From an uncultured Eubacteriales bacterium (GTDB lineage: Bacteria; Bacillota; Clostridia; Oscillospirales; CAG-272): a DNA stretch of 44,536 bases. The stretch covers positions 1-44,536 of the forward strand of contig UQXK01000011.1 in assembly GCA_900544985.1 (NCBI GenBank), given 5' to 3'. The notes beneath the pieces are model-generated. The model searched no databases and was not told the origin of the DNA. It was given only the letters and a program-made list of their open reading frames with translations. The position numbers were made by a program, and so were the translations under genes. Position 1 is the stretch's first letter. Every line of letters starts with the position of its first letter. This document shows positions 28,697 to 38,060 of the stretch, in pieces.

Positions 28697-29082
28697 AAAA
28701 ATTTTTTGTTTTTATAATATCCGCAGTCCTCATACTTTCTATATGTTTTTCATCGACTGCCGCAAATATCCAATATACATATAATTACGGTAATGTAAGC
28801 GTAATATTTAATGACAATACCCATTTTTCGGAAGCTTCCCGCGAACATATAGCCGATATACTTGTCGGAAAAATTGGAGCGGATTCCGAAATCGAACCAT
28901 ATGGCATAGCCTGTCTTTTCGGTCATAAATATGTTACGGAAAATGTAATCACAATAACTCATTGTGTAAGTGAGACACAACCGAAATGCCTGAAAGAAAT
29001 TTTCGAAATAAGCGAATGTTCACGTTGCGGAAAAACAAAGACAGAAAGAATTGATTACTATTATATCACTTGCTGCCCGTAA
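28693..29082 (+). CDS. secreted small cysteine-rich protein (signal peptide; 129 aa)
   Basis: N-terminal MKKFFVFIISAVLILSICFSSTAA signal peptide. Seven Cys in the C-terminal half. Start overlaps the anti-sigma stop. Confidence 0.5.
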   Translation: MKKFFVFIISAVLILSICFSSTAANIQYTYNYGNVSVIFNDNTHFSEASREHIADILVGKIGADSEIEPYGIACLFGHKYVTENVITITHCVSETQPKCLKEIFEISECSRCGKTKTERIDYYYITCCP

Positions 29083-29108
29083 TATAGAATAATAAAAATA
29101 TAACAAAA

Positions 29109-29146
29109 ACAGGAAACAAATTGTTCCCTGTTTTTTTGTTTTTTAA
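29109..29146 (+). terminator. rho-independent terminator after the ECF-sigma operon
   Basis: aacaggaaacaaattgttccctgtttttttgtttttt is an imperfect stem plus a long T-run. Confidence 0.6.
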
Positions 29147-29356
29147 TAATGACCGCACAAATGTTTTTTATATTTTCCGGTTGATAAAAAGTGACTTATT
29201 AAAAACTTTTTCAAATACCGTACCGTCATTTTGCTTTTCAGTCAAATCATCTATATATCCGCCGCGTACAACAGTGCGAAGAGCTCCGTGAAGTAGTTAT
29301 CTAACAAGTGTGTATTCCCTGTCGTCTTATAAGCATATATATAATATGTACTCAAA

Positions 29357-29698
29357 TTATACTGAATATGGGCGTCTGTAATTTTCAATAATTTTTTCAA
29401 ACAAAAAATTCTCTTCCGTTGAAAGTTTACTTTCCGAAATACTTTTCACTTTGATCAAAAGGGATATTTCCTCCGGCGTCATATATGCACGGTCCATCGT
29501 GTAATCGCCTACCACATATACTCCTCCGCCATATTTCCCTGCTTTTGTATCCAGAGGCATCATAAAAGTAAGTTCAAAAATATCTCTCTGTATTGTTCTC
29601 ACGGAAACACCGAATTTTTCGGCAAGAAAAGACATTGTCGCGTGCCTTTTTCTGCAAAGGTATTTCATGATTTCCAAACGTCTTTCGGCTGTCCCCAT
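29357..29698 (-). CDS. small HTH-domain protein (DeoR/WYL-N-terminal-like HTH), solitary paralog of 43852-44220
   Basis: MGTAERRLEIMKYLCRKRHATMSFLAEKFGVSVRTIQRDI. Clear paralogy to the protein at 43852-44220 (shared MGTAERR, GVSxRTIxRDI, GxYxGGVYVxxDYxMxRxYM). Confidence 0.6.
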   Translation of the reverse strand: MGTAERRLEIMKYLCRKRHATMSFLAEKFGVSVRTIQRDIFELTFMMPLDTKAGKYGGGVYVVGDYTMDRAYMTPEEISLLIKVKSISESKLSTEENFLFEKIIENYRRPYSV

Positions 29699-29835
29699 AA
29701 ATCACTTCCTTTCGCACAAACAAAAACATGACAAACAGCCAAACCAGCCACCTGTCATGCTCATATCTTAAAAATCGTGCGATGTACGAAGTGTTTTTAT
29801 CTTAAATTTTTATACTTTTCCAATAACTGAAAAAG

Positions 29836-30039
29836 TCAAACTATTATTGCAGAATCGTCTATTTTGTAAACTGTATTCTCATTTGAAATCTTTACTGCCA
29901 AAACATTCTTGCAGTTTTTGCATTTTATGATTATATCAGCTTTTTCGGAATTACTGTCCGATAATTTTGATATTGTTATCGTTTTATTTGAATCACAAGC
30001 TCTTCTGTTGCATATAGGACAAGGATACTCTTTTATCAT
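29836..30039 (-). CDS. small zinc-finger protein, phage Mu Com-like (67 aa)
   Basis: CPICNRRA...IKCKNCKN are two CxxC pairs in a ~65-aa protein. The call is tentative. Confidence 0.35.
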   Translation of the reverse strand: MIKEYPCPICNRRACDSNKTITISKLSDSNSEKADIIIKCKNCKNVLAVKISNENTVYKIDDSAIIV

Positions 30040-30113
30040 TTAATTCCTCCAATTTATTCGCAATTTTGCGAACACGCACGGCGAAAAATATATGGTGAAC
30101 AAACACCATATAT

Positions 30114-30872
30114 TTAAGTATATCGATATTTATTTTTAATAATGCCCAAATTAAGCATTCTTATCTGTACAGCCTTGCAAGATACCTGAAAAACATTTGC
30201 AATATCAGCGATAATACTGTTCAAACGCTTTTTCTCGGAAAATGTTTCGGGAACCGAAATATATTTTCCGCTTATTCCGTTCTTGCTCATTATCTTGTAC
30301 GTATAATTCACAAATACATTCATCGGCATAAGCAACGATGCCGCAAGAGCATCTGCCTGCCATTCGATCCAATCGTTATCCGTGATATTTTTCGTCTTAT
30401 TCAGTTCTACACTACGGCACGCTATATACGAAGACGAATCGCCGACCCGATTTCTTAAATTCTCGTTTTTTCTGCCATAATACGCTTTGTGCAAAATAAA
30501 ATGTGCCCCCTCATGCATCTGCGTATAACGTCGTCTGGTATACTGATCTATATTGTATAACGCAGGTGTGATCAGAATATTTCCAAAAGTCTCCTCCAAA
30601 ATGACAGGTTTAAACATATCATCATATGAAGGAATCTCAACGATATCGCTCATAACGATAAGTCCCAAAATTTTGGAGCCGAAAGGACCTATATATTTGC
30701 ATTTTACAACAAGACCGAGATAGTTTTCCAAAAAATCAACAGTATCCAAAGATGTCGGACGTTCAAGGTTTTGCGGAGCATATTCTCGGATAACACTGTC
30801 TGCAATATTTTCAATGTCATTTTTGGAGAGAATATAAAGACCGTTTTCTTTTTGAACGTACTCTGATTTCAT
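30114..30872 (-). CDS. ImmA/IrrE-family metallo-endopeptidase (DUF955)
   Basis: HEGAH is an HExxH motif, in YTQMHEGAHFILH context. Immediately downstream of an XRE gene. Confidence 0.7.
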   Translation of the reverse strand: MKSEYVQKENGLYILSKNDIENIADSVIREYAPQNLERPTSLDTVDFLENYLGLVVKCKYIGPFGSKILGLIVMSDIVEIPSYDDMFKPVILEETFGNILITPALYNIDQYTRRRYTQMHEGAHFILHKAYYGRKNENLRNRVGDSSSYIACRSVELNKTKNITDNDWIEWQADALAASLLMPMNVFVNYTYKIMSKNGISGKYISVPETFSEKKRLNSIIADIANVFQVSCKAVQIRMLNLGIIKNKYRYT

Positions 30873-30894
30873 AAAAAGGCACCTCAATAATACT

Positions 30895-31284
30895 TTAAGA
30901 GTTTTTTTGTTTGATAAACTTTATAAGTTCCATCCAGTCTTCATCGGTAAAATTATTGTCTTTTGCAGTTCGAAGCGCCATGCGTGCAGACGGCAATGAT
31001 TCAATATATTCATTGATATCGCTGTGCTGTCCGTTTTGGCTTATGCCTGCCAAATCGTAAAAAGTATTCAATTCATCGGTATCGGTAATTTCCAAGGCAC
31101 TTGCAAAAGTTTCGAGAAATTTTTCCGGGGCATGACGATTTCCCTTTTCTATATCACATAAATAAGCCGGTGATATCTTCACTTTTTCGGCAAAACCTCT
31201 TAAATTAAACCCAAGTTCCTCTCTTCTTTGTCTGACATATTCACCGAACGGTGAACTTACTTCCTTCATAACGGTATTCCCCAT
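30895..31284 (-). CDS. XRE-family HTH regulator (ImmR-like partner of ImmA)
   Basis: GFNLRGFAEKVKISPAYLCDIEKGNR is an HTH. Its stop is 7 nt from the ImmA start. Confidence 0.7.
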   Translation of the reverse strand: MGNTVMKEVSSPFGEYVRQRREELGFNLRGFAEKVKISPAYLCDIEKGNRHAPEKFLETFASALEITDTDELNTFYDLAGISQNGQHSDINEYIESLPSARMALRTAKDNNFTDEDWMELIKFIKQKNS

Positions 31285-31344
31285 TAAATTATCGCTGCAC
31301 TAATAATATAAATCGACAAAACTATTTTTATCGCGCATTGTTCG

Positions 31345-31360
31345 CAAGTTTGCTAACTTG
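31345..31360. promoter_or_regulatory. palindromic putative operator upstream of the ImmR-like gene
   Basis: CAAGTT-tgct-AACTTG sits ~60 bp upstream of the ImmR-like start. Confidence 0.3.
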
Positions 31361-31475
31361 ATAACACAATTATACAATATTTTCCCAATTATGTCAAGTG
31401 AACTATACTTCATGTTTATAAATATAATAAAGAAACTCATCACTTTCGCATTAACAAAAGTGATAAGTCCTTTTA

Positions 31476-32276
31476 TTATAATTCAGGTAAAATTTCAGGG
31501 AAAGAAAGCACTGATTTATCAGACGAATCGATTGCTATTATATATTTTTCGGACAATTTCGCATAACTTAATTTCGGAGCTTCACAAATAACTTTTTCAA
31601 AAAGTTTTTTTGCAGTGTCCTTATCTCCCGAATAATATTTTATAGCAGCAGTGTAAAAAACCTGACTCATCTTAATAATATTACTTGTTTTTGAAGTTTG
31701 TTTGTTAAATAAATCTTCTAATATTTTTTTGCATTCATCGAAATCTTCTTTTAAATAGCTTTCGAATAATTTTATAGTATTATCTTTTATTTTTTTCGCG
31801 CTATCCTTTTCATAGTTTCTGAATTTTTCACAAACTGTTTTTAATTTCTCATTGTCTCCAATATCAAAATAGACTCGCGAAAGTATCAAAAAATAATCAT
31901 ATTTATATTTTAAACTGCGCTTTCCTTTAATTACATTTGTGCACATATTTACTGCCATTTGATAATTTCCGGAATAATAGTAGTAAAGTACACGATATAA
32001 TTCACTCCTGCACATAATACATATTTTAGAATTTATTATCAAACCAAATTTTTCCGGATCCATATCTTTACACAAAACCGGCATATATAATTTTGCCTCT
32101 AATACCATGGTAAAAACAAGAAGCATAAAACCAAGAAAAATCAATAAAACAAGATATGCCCAAAATTTATCAAAAAAAATAATTTCCAATGCAATTAGCG
32201 ACATCATCAATAGAAAAAATATTGTCATCAAAACAAAATATTTCCTAATAATACTTTTAGCACTCTTATTATTCAT
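31476..32276 (-). CDS. multi-pass membrane protein with TPR-like C-terminal region; putative immunity protein for the RHS toxin
   Basis: Position directly downstream of the RHS C-terminal toxin domain. Three or four TM helices. The start is probably at MNNKSAKS. Confidence 0.5.
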   Translation of the reverse strand: MNNKSAKSIIRKYFVLMTIFFLLMMSLIALEIIFFDKFWAYLVLLIFLGFMLLVFTMVLEAKLYMPVLCKDMDPEKFGLIINSKICIMCRSELYRVLYYYYSGNYQMAVNMCTNVIKGKRSLKYKYDYFLILSRVYFDIGDNEKLKTVCEKFRNYEKDSAKKIKDNTIKLFESYLKEDFDECKKILEDLFNKQTSKTSNIIKMSQVFYTAAIKYYSGDKDTAKKLFEKVICEAPKLSYAKLSEKYIIAIDSSDKSVLSFPEILPEL

Positions 32277-32336
32277 AAATCCCCCTATAAAATTATTGCA
32301 CAAAAATTTATACCACAAAATCACCTATGATTTTAA

Positions 32337-35300
32337 TTATCCAAGTGCACCACCGGCAACAGCACCACCTACTATAAATCCTCCGATCTCCGAAATATAA
32401 GGTATTATTAGAGGACCAGCACAAGCTATAATTCCCCCTACTGCGACTGTACCAACAGTTATTGCACCGGCTGTAATCAGCCAGCTCCAATCATAACCGT
32501 CAGAGGGTTCTTCAACCTTTGGGGTAAAGACAATAACAGGTTCAGGAAATGGATTCTGTACTTTGCTCGGACTATTTTTTGAAAGAATCGGTGAGCCATT
32601 TGATTCATAAATAAAACTTTTTGGCACATCAGCTTTTTCTTTTCCTGGTAACATCGGAGGAAATTTATCCATGCCAATTGTAGTTGACACTGAATTCTTG
32701 TCGTCAATCTTCGTAGTTACAGTATATTCAGCATTAAGCATTCCTGTTTTGAATATCTTTACAGAAGCCGATATAGAACTAACATCATCTATATTTGCAG
32801 AATATGATAATTTTACTTCGTTATCCGAACATGAAATTGTCAAATTATCTTTCGATAATTTCAAGCTCTTTAAAGAATCATATTGTCCTTGTATAATCTT
32901 AGAAATATCAAACTCACCATTACCAAAAGTCGTTGAGACAGAAAAATAATATCTGGCTAATCCCACCAATATGCTTCCTTCATACGCCTCTATATCATGT
33001 GAATTAATTTTATCAAGGATATCATTCAAAGTACTCTCCATTTGATTTATACTGTTTCTCTCCGCACTTAGGCCAAACGGGTCTATGTTCGAAACAGGAT
33101 TGCCGTTTGCATATGCATAGCGATTAAGAGTTATCGCATTGGAAATTTCACCCGGCACTATATCCGCATTTATAAATCTTCTCAGTTCGGGAGAATAATA
33201 CCTTGCCCTCATGTACAAAAGACCGTTTGCATCGGTTATTACGCCGTCGCGTCCGTTGTACCCGAAGATAACAAAGCTTTCGCCTGTTCTGTTTATGAGT
33301 TTGCCGTAGGAGTCGTACTCGAACGTGTCTGTTACAGCCCCGCTCTCGTCCGTTATTGCAACGGTGCTGCCGCGGTAGTCATAGTGATACGTCTTGTACT
33401 CCCCGAATTTTTCTTCTCCGATAAGTCCCAGACCGTATACATATTTTGTAACTATTCCGTTCGTCATCTTTTGCAACAGCTGGCTTAATTTGCAGTTGGT
33501 ATTATACGTGTAAAGAGTTTCATAGCACTCTCTTACATTAAAGATTCGGTTATCTTCCGCGTCGTATGTATAATTCTGACCGCCCGCATATAAAAGTCTG
33601 TTCGCAGAGTCATATTCGAAATCCATAGGATCATCTTCTATTATAGAAGTGAGCATATTTCCGTCCATATCGTAGGAAATCGTCTTTCCATTATATGAAA
33701 GCAAACGGTTATCGGCGTCATATACAAAAGAATTATCTTCTTTATCGCCTGTGATATTGCCCGCCGCGTCATACGAATACGTTTCCTCGGAGAGTGTGAC
33801 ATTTGCAAAATTTTTGACAGTGCGTTTTGTAAGCCTTGACAGTTTATCATAAATATAGCACACTTTTATTTTTTTTGCAAGGTCTTTCTCTTCCGTTATT
33901 CTACTTAGTGTATCATAAACATATTCATAGCCCGTTATGACATCTCCGCCCACCGTACGTTCCACCGTAGATGTAACACGGTGTTTATTGTCATAGACCG
34001 TCGTAGTTACGCTTCCGTCGGGTTTTACAACACCTGTAACGTTGTTATTTTCATCATATGTATATGATGTTATCCTATTCGCCCAGTCTGTGACGGAAAT
34101 AAGATTATTGTTTGCATCATATGCATAATTTACCGCGGTATTATCCGGATAAACGATCTGCGTAAGGTTACCTACGGGGTCATATGTATAATTTATAGTA
34201 TAGCCGTAAGTATCCTTATACGATATAACGCGGTTGAGTGCATCGTACGTACGCGTTATAACGCCGTTTGAGCCCGTTACAGTGAGGACATTGCCATTGG
34301 CGTCATAAGTGTACCCGACAGAGTCTTCCTCGCTTACACAGCTCGTAATTCGACCGAGAACGTCATAGAAATATTTTCTATTCTGACCTCTGCCGTTTGT
34401 GAGCTGTTTTTTGACGTTCAGTTCATTATAAGTATACGATACGGCACCGCCGGACGATGTCGTCTCCTCAACAAGTCTTCCCATGTCGTCGTAAGTATAG
34501 CTTGTACTTCCGCCGAGAGGACCACAAAGTTTTGTAATATTGCCGAGAACATTATAATCCGCACTGCCGGAATTATTCAAAGCATCTTTTACAGATGTAT
34601 TTTGTCCGCGTGAATTATATGTATATTCTTTGCGGTTATTCATAGAATCGGTGACGCTTGCCACTTTGCCGAGAGCATTGTAGGTATACGATGTAGTCTT
34701 GCCTGCCGCGTCGGTAACCGATATCGGGAGATTCAGGCTGTTATACACTGTCTCGCTTATAGTATTGCCCTTCGCGTCCGTAGTTTTTACAACATTGCCG
34801 TTTGCGTCGTAAACAGTTGTAAATACATTGTTTTTAGCATCCGTGACGGTTGTACGTCTGCCGAGCGCATCGTAGCCGTATTTTACAACGTTATTTCTCG
34901 CGTCTTTGACGGAAACGAGCTGATTAAGCGAATTATACGTATACGTAGTGACATTATTAAGCGGATCTTTTACAGTGAGCAGATTATTATTTGCGTCATA
35001 GGTATATCTTGTAATATTGCCGCGTGCGTCTTTCGATGTAAGCATATTTCCGTATATGTCATATGTATACGTCTTTTTATTATTGAGCGCGTCAGTTTCG
35101 CTCAGAAGATCGCCTGCGGAAGAGTACGAATACACCGTTGCGCCGGAAACTGCATTCACTGCCCTTGTGACTTTTGACATGGCATTGTATTGATAACGAG
35201 TTATATTCCCCTCATTATCGGTAACGGAAAGCACATTGCCGTTTTTATCATACGTTTTTACAGTTGCAGCGCCGAGCGGATTTATCTCTTTTACGACATT

Positions 35301-38060
35301 GCCCGCAGAATCGTATTCATATTTCAAAACAGCGCCGTCGGGAAGCCTTTTTGAAACAATTCTGCCCGCGGGGTCATATGTGAGAGCAGTTACATTGCCC
35401 GCCTGATCCGTTATTTTAACGGGTCTGTCCTCGCCGTCAAACTCGTATTGCACCGTATTGCCGTCGGGCATGGTGACAACATCGTTTTTCATATTTCCGT
35501 TATAAGAATATTCGGTTTTATTGCCGTTGGCGTCTGTGACGGCAATTTTCTGGTTGTTGCAATCATACTCGTTGACAACAGATTTACCGTTGGCGTCGGT
35601 GGCCTTTATAAGATTGCCGACCGCGTCATATTCATACGACGTCACATTGTTTTCAGTATCTTTGCGGGAGACAAGCTGTCCTATATCGTTATAACCGTAC
35701 AGAATCGTGTTGTTCATCGCGTCGGTTTCGGACATAAGCAAGCCGTTACTATATGAATATCTTACGGCATTTCTGCTTCCGGTCTTTTGAGTAGCGGGAA
35801 GCGAATGAGAATCATAAGTATATACGGTCGCCATGCCGCGAAGATCTGTATGTTTTACGATTTGGTTTCTGTCGTTATACTCAAATGTTTCAACAGGAGT
35901 CTTCCCCTCGTTTACGGGATAAGTTATCTTTGTGATATTACCCTTGCTATCGTATGTAAACGTTGTCTTTTTGCCGTTTTTATCGGTTATTTCCGTCGGC
36001 TTGTTAAAGATGTTATATGTTTTCAATACGGAATTTCCGTTCGCGTCCGTTTCCTTTACGACATTGTAGCACGCGTCATATTCATAGGTCTTTGCGTTTC
36101 CGTTCGCGTCGGTAATACTCGAAAGAAGACCGTTCTCATCATACATTCGTATGCTTTGTTTTCCGTTGCGGTCAGTTGTGATTCTTTTTCCGTCGCTTTC
36201 GTAAACGAATGTCGTGGGATTCGAACCGGGGATTCCGTCTTTTTGAGAAATAACACGACCGTAAACATCGTATGTATTTTCAAAATATTTTACGTTGTTT
36301 GCGTCGGTACCGGACTTAATCAATCCTTCGGGAGTATACGTATACGTGATGCTGTTTCCGTTTACATCGCAAATAGATTTCAAAAGATCTCCTTCGTATG
36401 TAAAAGAAGCTTTCCTCGCCGCGTCATCATAGACTTTTATTATCTTTCCGGATAAATCTTTTTCAATATATATTTTCTTTCCCGATACGGAATCCGTAAC
36501 GGTAATTAAATTTTCGGAATAATCTATCAAAGTTTCAAAGCCGTTATGATTTATTATTTTAGATATATAACCGTCATTGTTGTAAAGTTCTTTTCTCTCG
36601 GAATTGCAATCCACAATGTACGGATATTCTGCCGAGCAGTCCACCTGTAAAACATATCCACCCTTATTTACGGATGTGCAGTAATAAACATTCTCTTCGC
36701 CGTTCGATACGTATCTCGAATATACGGACGGATTACTGTATATCAAAATGCCGTCCTCTGCAATTTCCAAATGTTTTTCATAGTTATGATACCATCCGGT
36801 TCCGAGTGTTCCGGAAGTCAGTTTTGTGGAATCGTAACTTGCGGTAAACCCCAGTCCCTGCCCGCCGAATAAAGTAATGATATTATTGTTTATCATATGA
36901 GCGCCGCTGTATGCGTCTACCGGATCCGCAACAAGACCGTCGTTCAATATAGGCTTGTCCTCAGACTCCGCAGGAGATACCGCTGTCTGTTTAACCGTTA
37001 CATCGCAATAATCTTTCACTTTCCCGTCAAACGACGTAGCACAGATTTTGGTTTTTCCGACACCGATAGCCGTGACATCACCTTTAGATTCATCGACAAT
37101 AACAATACTCGTATCCATGCTGCTCCATGTTACTTTTTTCTTCGTCGCATTCAAAGGCAAAACAGTTGCGCAGAGTTTTGTCGTTCCGCCTTTGTACAGC
37201 TCAATCGAATTTTGGCTGAGCTCTATACACTCCGCATAGACAGGATCTATTACGGTTATGATACACTCGCCGAAAATGCCGCTTCCGTTTGTTGAAACAG
37301 CGCGTATTCGCGCGGTACCTACTTTTTTTGCATATACCAAAGGATCATTAGGATTTACCGTTGCAATTTCCGGATCCATACTTATCCACTTTATAACTTT
37401 ATCATCTGCATCAGCAGGACAAAACACGGCACGGAGATAAACGGATGTAGCCCATCTCAAAGTATACTTATCCGGAATTACTTTTATAGCTTCAAGAGGA
37501 ATATAATTCTTTTTTACTACCTGTACATGGCATTTTGCGCTCACCCCGCTTCCGTCATTGGCTGTTGCGGTTACATATGTGCAGCCTTCGGATACACCGT
37601 ATACATCTCCGCCGTTCACAAATGCGATCATCTGGTCATCGCTCTTCCAACTGACGGATTTGTTTTTCGCGTTACTCGGCAATACGGTTACGTCAAGAGA
37701 AGAACATTCTTTTTCTCTCAAAAGTAAACTATCCGGATGCAAAAAGACAGAGCTCACTTTTATAACATCCTCTACATCAGTTACATTTACGGTCGCATAT
37801 CCTCTGGCACCGCTTCCGTCCACCGCGACGGCGTAAATGAGAGTTGTGCCCGCAGCTTTTGCATATACATATCCGCTGAATTCATTTACGGTTGCAACAT
37901 TCGGATTGTCACTGTACCATTTTACACTTTTTAATGTTGCGTATTCCGGGCATACCGTTACCGTTATGTCGTAATACCATTCTCCCTTTTTTATCGTTAT
38001 TTGTTGCGGACAAACAGTTACAGAACTTACACCTATCATATTTCTTCCTCCCGTATCCAT
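32337..38060 (-). CDS. RHS/YD-repeat polymorphic toxin (1907 aa) with N-terminal Big_2 Ig-like domains and C-terminal glycine-zipper membrane-active toxin domain
   Basis: Several Big_2-like units (e.g. SVKWYSDNPNVATVN). Dozens of YD repeats (YTYDxxGN...). RHS core end YMRARYYSPELRRFINADIV...NPVSNIDPFGL. A ~330-aa variable C-terminus ends in GxxxG-rich TM segments. Confidence 0.9.
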   Translation of the reverse strand: MDTGGRNMIGVSSVTVCPQQITIKKGEWYYDITVTVCPEYATLKSVKWYSDNPNVATVNEFSGYVYAKAAGTTLIYAVAVDGSGARGYATVNVTDVEDVIKVSSVFLHPDSLLLREKECSSLDVTVLPSNAKNKSVSWKSDDQMIAFVNGGDVYGVSEGCTYVTATANDGSGVSAKCHVQVVKKNYIPLEAIKVIPDKYTLRWATSVYLRAVFCPADADDKVIKWISMDPEIATVNPNDPLVYAKKVGTARIRAVSTNGSGIFGECIITVIDPVYAECIELSQNSIELYKGGTTKLCATVLPLNATKKKVTWSSMDTSIVIVDESKGDVTAIGVGKTKICATSFDGKVKDYCDVTVKQTAVSPAESEDKPILNDGLVADPVDAYSGAHMINNNIITLFGGQGLGFTASYDSTKLTSGTLGTGWYHNYEKHLEIAEDGILIYSNPSVYSRYVSNGEENVYYCTSVNKGGYVLQVDCSAEYPYIVDCNSERKELYNNDGYISKIINHNGFETLIDYSENLITVTDSVSGKKIYIEKDLSGKIIKVYDDAARKASFTYEGDLLKSICDVNGNSITYTYTPEGLIKSGTDANNVKYFENTYDVYGRVISQKDGIPGSNPTTFVYESDGKRITTDRNGKQSIRMYDENGLLSSITDANGNAKTYEYDACYNVVKETDANGNSVLKTYNIFNKPTEITDKNGKKTTFTYDSKGNITKITYPVNEGKTPVETFEYNDRNQIVKHTDLRGMATVYTYDSHSLPATQKTGSRNAVRYSYSNGLLMSETDAMNNTILYGYNDIGQLVSRKDTENNVTSYEYDAVGNLIKATDANGKSVVNEYDCNNQKIAVTDANGNKTEYSYNGNMKNDVVTMPDGNTVQYEFDGEDRPVKITDQAGNVTALTYDPAGRIVSKRLPDGAVLKYEYDSAGNVVKEINPLGAATVKTYDKNGNVLSVTDNEGNITRYQYNAMSKVTRAVNAVSGATVYSYSSAGDLLSETDALNNKKTYTYDIYGNMLTSKDARGNITRYTYDANNNLLTVKDPLNNVTTYTYNSLNQLVSVKDARNNVVKYGYDALGRRTTVTDAKNNVFTTVYDANGNVVKTTDAKGNTISETVYNSLNLPISVTDAAGKTTSYTYNALGKVASVTDSMNNRKEYTYNSRGQNTSVKDALNNSGSADYNVLGNITKLCGPLGGSTSYTYDDMGRLVEETTSSGGAVSYTYNELNVKKQLTNGRGQNRKYFYDVLGRITSCVSEEDSVGYTYDANGNVLTVTGSNGVITRTYDALNRVISYKDTYGYTINYTYDPVGNLTQIVYPDNTAVNYAYDANNNLISVTDWANRITSYTYDENNNVTGVVKPDGSVTTTVYDNKHRVTSTVERTVGGDVITGYEYVYDTLSRITEEKDLAKKIKVCYIYDKLSRLTKRTVKNFANVTLSEETYSYDAAGNITGDKEDNSFVYDADNRLLSYNGKTISYDMDGNMLTSIIEDDPMDFEYDSANRLLYAGGQNYTYDAEDNRIFNVRECYETLYTYNTNCKLSQLLQKMTNGIVTKYVYGLGLIGEEKFGEYKTYHYDYRGSTVAITDESGAVTDTFEYDSYGKLINRTGESFVIFGYNGRDGVITDANGLLYMRARYYSPELRRFINADIVPGEISNAITLNRYAYANGNPVSNIDPFGLSAERNSINQMESTLNDILDKINSHDIEAYEGSILVGLARYYFSVSTTFGNGEFDISKIIQGQYDSLKSLKLSKDNLTISCSDNEVKLSYSANIDDVSSISASVKIFKTGMLNAEYTVTTKIDDKNSVSTTIGMDKFPPMLPGKEKADVPKSFIYESNGSPILSKNSPSKVQNPFPEPVIVFTPKVEEPSDGYDWSWLITAGAITVGTVAVGGIIACAGPLIIPYISEIGGFIVGGAVAGGALG

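Noticed and set aside
25706-31360. Intact prophage or ICE suggested by recombinase + ImmR/ImmA + Com-like genes
   Set aside because: The window has no capsid, tail, terminase, replication or conjugation genes. The recombinase is short (invertase-like) and directly abuts inverted repeats. This fits a DNA invertase plus element remnants better than an intact element.
35448-37934. Several 60-220-aa plus-strand ORFs inside 35.4-38.3 kb
   Set aside because: All lie antisense within the continuous 1907-aa RHS ORF. They are typical shadow ORFs of a long, compositionally biased gene.
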